A stretch of DNA of 64,000 nucleotides from Candidatus Dormiibacterota bacterium (GCA_003162415.1 PMOL01000011.1:84701-148700), one strand, 5' to 3'. Numbered from the stretch's first letter, positions 39,239 to 49,010 are shown. Numbers and translations are program-made. The notes: a model not told the origin generated them from the letters alone.

Positions 39239-41659
39239 ATGGCCAAGCGAGATCTCAGCGAATCAGACATCTGCGCCAAGTTCATCACCCCCGCCCTGAT
39301 CGGCGCCGGCTGGGATGAACTCACACAGCTACGGAGGGAGATCTCCTTTACCAAGGGCCAGATCAAAGTGCGCGGCAAAATGGTGACCCGCGGAGAAGGG
39401 AAGCGCGCGGACTACATCCTCTACTTCAAACCCAACATGCCACTCGCGGTCATCGAGGCCAAGGACAACAAGCACTCCGTCGGGGACGGCATGCAACAGG
39501 CACTCGATTACGCCGAGTTCCTGCAGGTTCCCTTCGTCTTCTCATCCAACGGCGACGGCTTCGTCTTCCACGACTCGACCGGGCTCGGCGATGAGCTAGA
39601 GGCAACCTTGCCGATCGACAAGTTCCCATCCCCCCAGATGCTGTGGGCCCGCTACTGCCAGTGGAAGGGAATCACCCCCGAGGCGGAGCCGCTCGTCCTT
39701 CAGGACTACTTCGACGACGCGAGCGGTCGCTACCCGCACTACTACCAGATGAATGCGGTCAACGCCGCTGTCGAGGCGGTCGCAAAGGGTCGGGACCGCC
39801 TCCTCCTGGTCATGGCCACCGGAACCGGCAAGACGTACACCGCATTCCAGATTATCTGGCGGCTCTGGAAGGCCGGCCACAAGAAGCGGATTCTCTACCT
39901 CGCCGACCGCAATTTGCTCATCGACCAGACCATGGTCAACGACTTCCGCCCCTTCGGCGGGGTGATGGCCAAGCTGAGCACCCGGAACAAAACGATCGGC
40001 CCCGATGAGGGCCCCGAATTGAACATCAACCTTGCGATCGACAAGCACCGCCGCATAGACACTGCCTTCGAGGTTTACATGAGCCTCTACCAGGCGATCA
40101 CCGGGCCCGAGGAACGGCAGAAGCTCTTCAAAGAGTTCTCGCCAGTCTTTTTCGATCTGATCGTGATCGATGAGTGTCATCGCGGTAGTGCCGACGAGGA
40201 ATCTGCGTGGCGGGAAATCCTCGACTACTTCTCCAGCGCCACACAGATCGGCATGACCGCGACCCCCAAGGAGACCGAGTTCGTCTCCAACATCCACTAC
40301 TTCGGCGATCCCATCTACACATACTCACTGAAGCAAGGCATCCTCGACGGCTTTCTCGCGCCGTTCAAGGTCATCCGGTCTCACATCGATCTGGATGTCG
40401 GAGGCTATCGGCCGGAGCCGGGGAAGCGGGACATCGAGGGACAAGAGATCGAAGATCGCGTCTACAACCCGCGCGACTTCGAGCGGACTCTGGTAATCGA
40501 CGATCGCACCAAGTTGGTGGCTGAGCGAATCAGCGAGTTCTTACGGGAGAGCGGCGACCGCTTCCAGAAAAGCATCATCTTCTGCGTCGATCAGGAGCAC
40601 GCCGCGCGCATGCGGCAGGCGCTGATCAATGCCAACAAAGACCTGGCGACCAACCCCCGCTACGTGATGCGTATCACGGGTGGTGCCCCGGAGGGTCAGG
40701 CTCAACTTGGCAACTTCACGGATCCGGAGAGCATTTACCCGGTACTCGTGACGACGTCTCGGCTCCTGTCCACCGGTATCGATGTGCAGACCTGCAAGTT
40801 GATCGTCATCGACAAGCAGATCGAATCCATGGGCGAGTTCAAGCAGATCATCGGCCGAGGCACACGGGTTCGTGAGGATGCCCACAAGTTCTACTTCACC
40901 ATCCTGGATTTCCGCGGCGCCTCGAATCACTTCGCCGACCCGGACTTCGACGGACCCCCAATCGAGATCTACGTACCTCCGAGCGGTGGACCGATGGTTC
41001 CACCCGACGACACCGAACCACCCGAGCCCGAGCCGGGCGAGATCATCGTGTCTGAACCCCCGCCGTATTACTCAGCGGAGAAGGGCGTGGGCGGACGACC
41101 GAAGATCTACATCAACGGCGTTCCTGCACAGATCATTCACGAGACCATTCAGTACGTCGACCACGACGGCAAGCTGATCACCGAAACACTCCGCGACTAC
41201 TCGAAGCGAACCATAACGGAGCACTTCGTGAGCCTTAGTTCTTTCCTCCAGCGTTGGAGCTCGTCAGAGCGTAAACAGGCGATCGTCGAAGAGCTGTCTG
41301 CTGAATGCATCCCGCTCGAGATCCTCGCAGATGAGGTTGGCAAGGACCTCGATCCCTTCGACTTGGTCTGCTACGTGGCCTTCGGTCAACCCCCGTTGAC
41401 CCGCAAGGAGCGTGCAGACAATGTACGTAAGCGGGATGTCTTCGCCAAGTACGGGTCACAGGCGAGAGCCGTTCTTGAGGCGCTCTTGCGTAAGTACCAA
41501 GATGACGGCATTGTGGATCTCAGTGATGTACGCATTCTGCAGATCCCCCCGCTGGATCAGATGGGCACGCTTGTGCAGTTGATCAAGGGCTTCGGCTCTC
41601 GCGATCAGTTCGAGCATGCCGTCCACGAGATGCAGGCTGCGCTCTATGAGGCCGCCTGA
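39239..41659 (+). CDS. hsdR: Type I restriction enzyme R subunit (EcoAI/EcoEI-like)
   Basis: ADYIL...IEAK nuclease motif, MATGTGKT, DECHR, TATP and QIIGRGTR; EcoEI_R_C-like tail. Confidence 0.96.
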   Translation: MAKRDLSESDICAKFITPALIGAGWDELTQLRREISFTKGQIKVRGKMVTRGEGKRADYILYFKPNMPLAVIEAKDNKHSVGDGMQQALDYAEFLQVPFVFSSNGDGFVFHDSTGLGDELEATLPIDKFPSPQMLWARYCQWKGITPEAEPLVLQDYFDDASGRYPHYYQMNAVNAAVEAVAKGRDRLLLVMATGTGKTYTAFQIIWRLWKAGHKKRILYLADRNLLIDQTMVNDFRPFGGVMAKLSTRNKTIGPDEGPELNINLAIDKHRRIDTAFEVYMSLYQAITGPEERQKLFKEFSPVFFDLIVIDECHRGSADEESAWREILDYFSSATQIGMTATPKETEFVSNIHYFGDPIYTYSLKQGILDGFLAPFKVIRSHIDLDVGGYRPEPGKRDIEGQEIEDRVYNPRDFERTLVIDDRTKLVAERISEFLRESGDRFQKSIIFCVDQEHAARMRQALINANKDLATNPRYVMRITGGAPEGQAQLGNFTDPESIYPVLVTTSRLLSTGIDVQTCKLIVIDKQIESMGEFKQIIGRGTRVREDAHKFYFTILDFRGASNHFADPDFDGPPIEIYVPPSGGPMVPPDDTEPPEPEPGEIIVSEPPPYYSAEKGVGGRPKIYINGVPAQIIHETIQYVDHDGKLITETLRDYSKRTITEHFVSLSSFLQRWSSSERKQAIVEELSAECIPLEILADEVGKDLDPFDLVCYVAFGQPPLTRKERADNVRKRDVFAKYGSQARAVLEALLRKYQDDGIVDLSDVRILQIPPLDQMGTLVQLIKGFGSRDQFEHAVHEMQAALYEAA

Positions 41660-41661
41660 TC

Positions 41662-43116
41662 GTGGCTGTTCGCAACACCGTCAAGTCGATCCAGGACATC
41701 ATGCGTCAGGATGCCGGCGTCGACGGCGATGCCCAGCGCATCTCCCAGCTCTGCTGGATGTTTTTTCTGAAGATCCTCGACGACCAGGATCAGCAGCTCG
41801 AGATCCTCGATCCTGCCTACACGTCACCGGTCCCGCCGGAACTTCGCTGGGGCGCATGGGCTGCCAACGCTGAAGGGCTCACCGGCGAGGGGCTTCTCAA
41901 GTTCATCAACGAGGATCTCTTCCCCGGCCTCAAGGGGCTTGAACTGGCTGGAGCCCAAGCCCACCGCAAGCGCGTCGTCCAAGCCGTCTTCGAGGACGCG
42001 TACAACTACATGAAGTCCGGTCAGCTGGTTCGCCAGGTGATCAACAAGATCAACGAGGTCGACTTCAACGACCTCGCAGAACGCCAGCACTTCGGCGACG
42101 TCTACGAGCAGATCCTCAACGATCTCCAGAGCGCCGGCAACGCCGGCGAGTACTACACGCCACGAGCTGTGACGGCTTTCATGGCCGAAAGGGTCGACCC
42201 CAAGCCGGGCGAGATTCTGCTCGACCCGGCGTGTGGCACCGGCGGCTTCCTCACCTGTGCGATCCGCCACATGCGTGAGAACTACGTCAAGCGCCCCGAG
42301 GACGAGGCGCTTATCCAGGGTTCACTGCGGGCCGTCGAGAAGAAGCCCCTTCCCCACATGCTCTGCACAACGAACATGCTGCTCCATGGCATAGAGGATC
42401 CAAGTTTCGTCCGCCACGACAACACCCTAGCTCGCCCCTACGTCAGCTACGGCGCTGATGACCGCGTCGACATCGTGCTCACCAACCCACCCTTCGGTGG
42501 CAAGGAAGAGCCTGGCATCGAATCCAACTTCCCCGCCCATCTTCAGACCCGTGAGACAGCAGACCTGTTCCTCGCACTCATCATGCGTCTCCTCAAGAAA
42601 GACGGACGCGCTGCGGTTGTTTTGCCTGATGGCTCCCTCTTCGGGGAGGGGGTCAAAACGCGTCTAAAGGAAGCACTACTGACTGAGTGCAACCTGCATA
42701 CCATCGTTCGCCTTCCCAACAGTGTTTTCCGTCCCTACGCGAGCATCGGCACCAACCTGCTCTTCTTCGAGAAGGGCGAGCCGACGACTGACATCTGGTT
42801 CTACGAGCATCGTGTGACCGACGGGCAGAAAGCGTACTCGATGACTAGGCCGATCCGGCTCGACCATCTTCAGCCTTGTGTGGACTGGTGGGGCGGAGCA
42901 AGCCGCGAGGGCAGAATCGAGACCGAAGTCACTTGGAAGGTCACGGCTGAAGCGATCAAGGACCGTGGATACAACCTCGATATTAAGAATCCGCATGTGC
43001 TGGCTCGCAGCCACGGCAATCCCGAAGAGTTACTGTCCCAGCTCAATGCGGCAGAAGCCACCGTAGCACTGATTCGCACCAAGCTCAAAGAACAGTTGGA
43101 AGAGGCGTTGCGTTAG
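41662..43116 (+). CDS. hsdM: Type I R-M N6-adenine methyltransferase
   Basis: GEYYTPR, DPACGTGGF and NPPF motifs. Confidence 0.96.
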   Translation: MAVRNTVKSIQDIMRQDAGVDGDAQRISQLCWMFFLKILDDQDQQLEILDPAYTSPVPPELRWGAWAANAEGLTGEGLLKFINEDLFPGLKGLELAGAQAHRKRVVQAVFEDAYNYMKSGQLVRQVINKINEVDFNDLAERQHFGDVYEQILNDLQSAGNAGEYYTPRAVTAFMAERVDPKPGEILLDPACGTGGFLTCAIRHMRENYVKRPEDEALIQGSLRAVEKKPLPHMLCTTNMLLHGIEDPSFVRHDNTLARPYVSYGADDRVDIVLTNPPFGGKEEPGIESNFPAHLQTRETADLFLALIMRLLKKDGRAAVVLPDGSLFGEGVKTRLKEALLTECNLHTIVRLPNSVFRPYASIGTNLLFFEKGEPTTDIWFYEHRVTDGQKAYSMTRPIRLDHLQPCVDWWGGASREGRIETEVTWKVTAEAIKDRGYNLDIKNPHVLARSHGNPEELLSQLNAAEATVALIRTKLKEQLEEALR

Positions 43117-44678
43117 TGCCAGCCAACATCTTGCTTCGGGAGATGCAGCGTGTGAGCGAGGCTCCGGGCTCCATCTCGGCCTTTCGCCGTCTCGCTCTGG
43201 AGCTCGGGCTCTCAGGCCAGCTTACGCGACACACGGCGTCGGAACCATCTGAATACAGGTCTCTCGGGCAAGTTGCGGAACTCATCATGGGACAAGCGCC
43301 GCCCGGTTCTGATTGCAATCTCCGTGGTGAGGGTGTGGTCTTTGTCAAGGTGGGGGAGTTTGGACCGCTTTATCCCCAAGAGGTGGTATGGACGACGCGA
43401 CCACGGAGGATGGCACGCAAAGGCGACGTTCTGATTTGTGTGGTCGGCGCGACTGTTGGGAAGCTAAACCTCGGGATCGATTGCGCAATCGGGCGCAGTG
43501 TCGCGGCGCTGCGTCCAAGCCCTTCCATTGATACCAAGTTCCTCTACATGTCCCTCATGCCGTATACGCTTGGGCTTCGGACGGGCGCTCGCGGCTCGGC
43601 GCAAGGCGTCATTGGTCGTTCCGATCTCTCTTCGATTTCTATTTGGTGCCCCTCGCTTGCAGAGCAAGGTGACATAGTCGTCCAGATCGAAGGTCTATGG
43701 TCTCTATGCGACGAGTTAGGAGCAGCGCAACACGTTCGCGACAACATGCGCGATGCAGCCGCAGCCGCAGCCCTGGGCAGCCTGACCTCGACCTCTAATG
43801 CGGCGCCGTTCGACTCCAACGCATTTACGACCCGCGCCCACTTCTACATCAACAACACACCCAAATTCATCACTCGCCCCGAGCATGTCGCTGAGATCCG
43901 CAAGACCGTACTCAATCTCGCTGTCCGTGGCCGGCTGGTGCCCCAGGATCCACTCGATGAGCCTTCAGCGCATCTGCTGTTACGTTTGCGTGATCAACAA
44001 CGGCGGCCCACGTCGACCAACGGCTCAGAAACGCCTCGCCCATTCACGATCCCGGGCTCATGGGCGTGGTGCCGCTTTCCGGAAGTTGGTACCTTCGGCA
44101 GGGGCACCTCCAAGCATCGCCCAAGAAATGACTCCTCGCTTTTCCGCGACGGGAGCTATCCCTTCATCCAGACTGGAGACGTGGCTAGGTCGGGCGGCAC
44201 GATTCGGACGTTCACAAGCCTGTACAACGAGGCGGGTCTGGCACAGAGCGCAGAGTGGCCAATCGGTACCCTCTGCATAACCATCGCCGCAAATATTGCC
44301 TGTAGTGGAATCCTATCTTTCAAAGCTTGCTTTCCGGACAGTGTTGTTGGGCTAGTGGTTGCAGAAGAGCTTGGCGACGCACGATATTTCGAGTACTTCG
44401 TTCGCACAGCCCGAGACGACCTTTCCCAGTACGCGCCATCGACCGCACAAAAGAATATCAACCTGGCAATCCTGAACGAGGTCGCCATACCTCTACCCCC
44501 ACTAGCGGAGATGCGGCGCATCGTTTCCAAGGTCGATGCGTTAATGACTGTTTGTGACGAACTCGAGGACAGCCTCTTGACCGCGCAATCCGAGGGAAGC
44601 CGCTTCCTCCAGGCAACGCTATTCGAGTGCCTCGCGAACTTCGGCTTTGGCAACGCTCCCCCCGCGTTGTCGGCCTGA
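43116..44678 (+). CDS. hsdS: Type I R-M specificity subunit
   Basis: Two TRDs, each followed by P.L.EQ/EM..IV..(I/V)..L...CDEL; LAVRGRLVPQD and P..W.W motifs. Confidence 0.93.
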   Translation: MPANILLREMQRVSEAPGSISAFRRLALELGLSGQLTRHTASEPSEYRSLGQVAELIMGQAPPGSDCNLRGEGVVFVKVGEFGPLYPQEVVWTTRPRRMARKGDVLICVVGATVGKLNLGIDCAIGRSVAALRPSPSIDTKFLYMSLMPYTLGLRTGARGSAQGVIGRSDLSSISIWCPSLAEQGDIVVQIEGLWSLCDELGAAQHVRDNMRDAAAAAALGSLTSTSNAAPFDSNAFTTRAHFYINNTPKFITRPEHVAEIRKTVLNLAVRGRLVPQDPLDEPSAHLLLRLRDQQRRPTSTNGSETPRPFTIPGSWAWCRFPEVGTFGRGTSKHRPRNDSSLFRDGSYPFIQTGDVARSGGTIRTFTSLYNEAGLAQSAEWPIGTLCITIAANIACSGILSFKACFPDSVVGLVVAEELGDARYFEYFVRTARDDLSQYAPSTAQKNINLAILNEVAIPLPPLAEMRRIVSKVDALMTVCDELEDSLLTAQSEGSRFLQATLFECLANFGFGNAPPALSA

Positions 44679-45104
44679 TTCACGTCTCGCACACCATGCG
44701 AATGACCAGTTGAACGCCCAGCGACTTTGATCTATCCCGCCACGACCTGCACGGCTAACCTAACGAGGTGAAGGTTTCATGGAACTCCGGGTGGTATTCC
44801 TGACGCGTCGTGAAAGGTGGATCCGTCTCAGCCCGGATGGGAGCCGAGGCGATGTCGTGCTTTGAGCACGATGGCCTGCTCCGTCGCCCAGATGCACTTC
44901 ATCCACGCACTCGTGAACAAGGGATTGTCGATCACGGGGCCCGGACCGGTCCGTTTCGGCGACGGGTTCCCCCCCATCCACGTCCAATACACTCGACGAC
45001 ATCCCGGTTAGGCAGGTCACCACACTCCCCTACCGACAATCATTCCGGCAGCCCGACATATCACCTAGGGCTGTATGATCGTGCTCGCGGTAGCGGGTCG
45101 GTGC

Positions 45105-45965
45105 TCAGTGACCGAACAAGCGTCGGTGGTAGGCAAGGAACTCCGGGTCAATACGGTGGCGCGGATGTCTACGTAGTAGCCCCAGGTCTGCACCCGTTTC
45201 CGCCGCCAACACCCGGTGTTCGGCGGTTATAAAGATGGCGCCTTTATCCAGTCGGACGTGGTCGTTTGGGCAAAGGCACAGCACGTTCTCCGCCACGTCT
45301 GGGCCGTTGTGCGGCATCCCCAGCGGCTTTATGTGCGCTCCCTCGGCGTAGGCAACCCCCGCCGGCAGCGCCACCTTCGTACCGCACACCTGACACGTGT
45401 AGTCGTTCAGCTGCTTCACTCCGACCGCGACCACCGTGTCTCGGACAATTCGCATCACGGTGGATGCCACGCGCTCGGGGGGCCCCGTCGGAACTGTTCC
45501 TGCCCTGTGCGGGACTGTTGCATGGTCCGTCTTGACCAAGTCAAAACGACAAATCTTCGGTCCGTCCTGGCTATCGTCCTCCCAACTCCGCACTACCGCG
45601 TACAGCCCGTCATACCGAAAGCCTTGGGTTGGCGAAAATGCCGGGTCACCCTTCGACCCGGGTATCACCCGGACAGGAAGGCCCTCCGCCTCGTTGACGC
45701 GCACGCCTTGATTGGCTTGCTCCCACACCTGGTCCTTGACCTGCCGCCCAGCGGCGTCCTGACCGCCGTAGCCGGTGTAGATGATTTCGTCGCCGTAGTC
45801 GTGGTCATCCTGGTAGCCGCCGTTAAGGACGATCGACTCGGTGCCGCGTTGCGCGCCTCCGACCATCCCGGCTTGCCGGTTGCGATGGACACCGGCAGCG
45901 ACCAGCGCCGCCCTGTCACGGTAGGCGGTGCCTGGGGGATTGCCATCGATGGCGCCGAAGGGCAT
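45105..45965 (-). CDS. SRA/YDG-HNH modification-dependent (type IV) restriction endonuclease
   Basis: GVH...AG..G...ESIVLNGGYQDD.D.GDEIIYTGYGG, FRYDGLY; CQVC, EGAHI.P and LCLCPNDH. Confidence 0.92.
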   Translation of the reverse strand: MPFGAIDGNPPGTAYRDRAALVAAGVHRNRQAGMVGGAQRGTESIVLNGGYQDDHDYGDEIIYTGYGGQDAAGRQVKDQVWEQANQGVRVNEAEGLPVRVIPGSKGDPAFSPTQGFRYDGLYAVVRSWEDDSQDGPKICRFDLVKTDHATVPHRAGTVPTGPPERVASTVMRIVRDTVVAVGVKQLNDYTCQVCGTKVALPAGVAYAEGAHIKPLGMPHNGPDVAENVLCLCPNDHVRLDKGAIFITAEHRVLAAETGADLGLLRRHPRHRIDPEFLAYHRRLFGH

Positions 45966-46050
45966 CGGCTCATACGGTAATTCCGGGCAGCCCCGCCCGG
46001 CAACAGCGAACGCCGATTCGCGGGACCGACCCCGTTCCTCGGGCCGCCAG

Positions 46051-46917
46051 TTACTTCTGAACGACGGTCCCGGATTGCGGCGCCGGCGGCGCCACCACCG
46101 TATATATAGGGGCCAACTCTGACTCGGCGACCGCGAAGATTTTCACGCCGGTGCCGGCCTCGTCGAACTTGACGACCACCTCTTCGCCCGCACGGGTCAT
46201 GGTGCTCTTCAGGATGGTCCCGTCACCGTACCTGGGGTGGCGGGCGCGCGTGCCTTCGCTGAACCGCGCCGACGCCAATTGCGCTTTCGTGGGTTTCCAG
46301 ACCACGATTGGCTCGGCGTCGCGTTCCTCGTCCTCGATCTGCACAAGGTTGCTGACGTCACGTTGCACGCTGCGCATGATCCCCAGCATCTCCTCGACCA
46401 TTTCGCCGGTATCCCGTTTCGCTGGTGGACCGTCCGGCGCGACCTTTCTGACGCCATCCAGCTGCTGTTGCAGCACGGGCCACCATTGCTCGAACGCAGC
46501 GGATACGCGCGGCTCGTCCAGGGGTTCGCTGCATGCGCCATTGATCGAACGCACCAGTCCGTGGATATCCTGCTTCGTCAGGGTGGCCATCTGGAATGTG
46601 GCAAGTGGTCCAGTTACATCGGTGGGTTTCAGGTCCACCAGCACCGGTGCAGCCCTCCCGATCGCGAAGGCCTTTGACAGGGCACCTGCCTCGAAATTCA
46701 GCCACTCAGACGACACGTTCTCCCTGGTGACGCACAGCACGCCAAAGCCGCTGTCGTCCAACTCCTTCGCGATTTCGCTCACCCACCGCGCCCCCTTGTC
46801 GATGTCTTCCGCGGAAAGGAGCGTCTGCACCGACTGCAGGACAGACGGCAGCCACGCGTGGAACGCGTCGGCCAACGCTCGGCCACCTCTACCAGACCAG
46901 GCCAGAAACACCTTCAC
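46051..46917 (-). CDS. TIR-domain protein with C-terminal PcrA/UvrD-type Tudor domain
   Basis: MKVFLAWSG...DIDKGARW...WLNFEAGALSK (catalytic Glu retained); tail FSEGTRARHPRYGDGTI...EEVVVKF...GVKIF; TAGAAT -10 just upstream. Confidence 0.85.
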   Translation of the reverse strand: MKVFLAWSGRGGRALADAFHAWLPSVLQSVQTLLSAEDIDKGARWVSEIAKELDDSGFGVLCVTRENVSSEWLNFEAGALSKAFAIGRAAPVLVDLKPTDVTGPLATFQMATLTKQDIHGLVRSINGACSEPLDEPRVSAAFEQWWPVLQQQLDGVRKVAPDGPPAKRDTGEMVEEMLGIMRSVQRDVSNLVQIEDEERDAEPIVVWKPTKAQLASARFSEGTRARHPRYGDGTILKSTMTRAGEEVVVKFDEAGTGVKIFAVAESELAPIYTVVAPPAPQSGTVVQK

Positions 46918-47204
46918 AGGCTGATTCTAGCTTCGGCCGGTCGGCGCCCCAAGTGGCCGACCGCTGCGGGCGCGGCCCGAACGGGGATTCACCGCGTACA
47001 GGGCGTTCTTCGCCGCTCAACCCGGTTTCTTCGTCAAGCACCCGGTCCTGGACGGTGCCGCGCGACCCGAAACCGTCGGAATGTGCCCCGCTATACCCGC
47101 CATCGGTCCACCGGTCCCCAACGATCGCCCCTCGGCGGTGGTACGGGGTCGTCAGCGCCCCACGATGATTCAGCGGCGCCGCGCCGGTTAGGCTGGTGAC
47201 CCCG

Positions 47205-47918
47205 ATGATCTTTGAACGCCACGGCCAGTTACCCGCTTGCCGCTTGACCCAACAGGACCTCAGCAACCTTGGGGACATTTTTCAGGCGGTCCAGAAAGCG
47301 ACGAACGCCACGGGCGTCTACAAGATCGAAACCCCGTGGGGCACCTATTCCGCGGACAAGCTGAGTCTTCAGAGTCCCTCGTATGCGCCCCGTGACGTCG
47401 TCCGCCTCGAAATGACGCTTCAGTGGGCGGACGGGAACGCACGTCTGACGCTCGACCTTGACGTGCGCCCGTTCCGTGATGCACCTGGTGCTCCTGTCGA
47501 CCGCAGTTGGCTGGCGGTCGAAGGGCAGGAAGAAGTCGTAAGGCCCCTGTGGCGCGATGTCATGGACGTCATTGATCGTCGTCGGTCCGTCATGGGCGCC
47601 ATCCTCAGTTCGCCGAATGTGCAGATACTCGGTCTAATCGTCGCGATCGTCGCCGGGATACTCCTCCCGTACTACACGCTGAAGAAAGCGCGGGTCAACG
47701 ACTCGGCGATTCTGCCAGTGATCGTTGCAACCGCACTCGTCGCTGGGCTGATCTACCTTGCAGTCCTCGTCCCCGCCGGCGCCGCCCGCGTGCAGGTGGC
47801 CGGATGGGGAAGGCTGTCAAGCACACGCGGACGGGTCGCCTTTTGGGCGGTGACCGTTTTCGCGGGAGTCGTCGTGTGGGCGGTTACCCTTCTCCTCACC
47901 TTCTGGCTGTCGAAGTAG
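47205..47918 (+). CDS. Hypothetical membrane protein (soluble N-domain plus about 3 TM helices)
   Basis: Coding-like ORF behind TAGGCT -10; hydrophobic segments ILGLIVAIVAGILL, ILPVIVATALVAGLIYLAVL and VAFWAVTVFAGVVVWAVTLLL. Confidence 0.75.
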   Translation: MIFERHGQLPACRLTQQDLSNLGDIFQAVQKATNATGVYKIETPWGTYSADKLSLQSPSYAPRDVVRLEMTLQWADGNARLTLDLDVRPFRDAPGAPVDRSWLAVEGQEEVVRPLWRDVMDVIDRRRSVMGAILSSPNVQILGLIVAIVAGILLPYYTLKKARVNDSAILPVIVATALVAGLIYLAVLVPAGAARVQVAGWGRLSSTRGRVAFWAVTVFAGVVVWAVTLLLTFWLSK

Positions 47919-47936
47919 CCGGCTGTCGCCGAAGCG

Positions 47937-49010
47937 CTAGTTGGGTCCCAGACCGCTGACCACGACCAGGCCTGCAGGGATCGACACGCCGCAGTCGAAC
48001 CTCGACACGACCAGGAGTCCGGTCTGGTCATTCGCCGCATATGTCTCCAGCAGGATCCGCATGTAACCGACCAGGTCGATTGCCACGAAGACCGTTCGCG
48101 GATCGACCAGCAGCGCAGTCGCGTTCGGCAGCGTTCCAGCTGGTGCTGGGACGACCGTGCGACCCAGGATCTGCTCAGCGCCCTGCACGGTCAGGTCAGG
48201 CGACAGCAGCGACCTTCCCAGTGTGTCGGTCAATTTGCGCAGCGTTCCGATGGTCTGCGCGTTGACGACCCAGAACTTCGGGTCGGCGTAGGCGTCCTGT
48301 GCCGCTGTCAGCGCGTCGGTCATCTGCGCCAGGATCGACTCGCCGACTGTGATCGTCAGCGTGACGCCACCGCCAGTTGCGGTCGCCGCGGCGCTGATGA
48401 CGGCGGTCGTGGCATTGGTGACGCTGGCCATGGTCGCGCCGGCGGGAATGCCCGCGCCGCTGATACTGCTGCCGACGTCGGCACTGGTGAACGCTGCGGT
48501 CGCGGACGTGATCGTCGTGGTGCTGTTCAGTACGCCGTCAGCAACGAAGCGCGAATGCTTGATCACCGTGGCGGCCTTCGGGATCAGACCGGTGATGCCA
48601 GCGGTTGCGTCGCCGTTGAACAGCGCCTTGTCGACCTGCTTGCGCAGCAGGTTCGTGATCGCGAACTGCGACGCTGTCAGCGCCGCGCTCGACCGCATCG
48701 ACTCGTTCGAAATCCGAACCATGACCTTCAGCGCGCGCAGGTCGCGGCCCATCGGTACCAGCTCGGACGTCGCGCCCTCGAATTCCGGCACGTCGCCGTT
48801 CGGCTCCACCCACACGCTCTCGTCGACGACCTGCTCGGCCATGCGCGGGATGTGTAGCGGGTGGTTGGTCTGCACTGCCTGCACACCGGGCATTGACATG
48901 ATCACCCTGTCCGCCATAAGCGGCGTGACGACGATCCCCAACCACTCCTCGGGCGTCAGTTCGGACCCGGCGCCAAGTACTGCTGGGGATAGGGCTGGCG
49001 TGACGGTCAC
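47937..49010 (-). CDS. HK97-fold major capsid protein, solitary, with inserted beta-rich domain
   Basis: LTPE..., IP, WV.P, ISNESMRSS, VDKALFNGD..G..G, W.VN...LRKLTD..GR.L, ILGR.V and R.D pattern; start estimated at GTG 49010. Confidence 0.85.
   Translation of the reverse strand: MTVTPALSPAVLGAGSELTPEEWLGIVVTPLMADRVIMSMPGVQAVQTNHPLHIPRMAEQVVDESVWVEPNGDVPEFEGATSELVPMGRDLRALKVMVRISNESMRSSAALTASQFAITNLLRKQVDKALFNGDATAGITGLIPKAATVIKHSRFVADGVLNSTTTITSATAAFTSADVGSSISGAGIPAGATMASVTNATTAVISAAATATGGGVTLTITVGESILAQMTDALTAAQDAYADPKFWVVNAQTIGTLRKLTDTLGRSLLSPDLTVQGAEQILGRTVVPAPAGTLPNATALLVDPRTVFVAIDLVGYMRILLETYAANDQTGLLVVSRFDCGVSIPAGLVVVSGLGPN

Noticed and set aside
44680..45100. Small ORFs between hsdS and SRA-HNH
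   Set aside because: No family motif and no consistent frame; cannot be supported.
46051..47918. Calling the TIR locus a canonical Thoeris, CBASS or Pycsar system
   Set aside because: No SIR2/SLOG/Macro ThsA, CD-NTase or cyclase gene is recognisable nearby.
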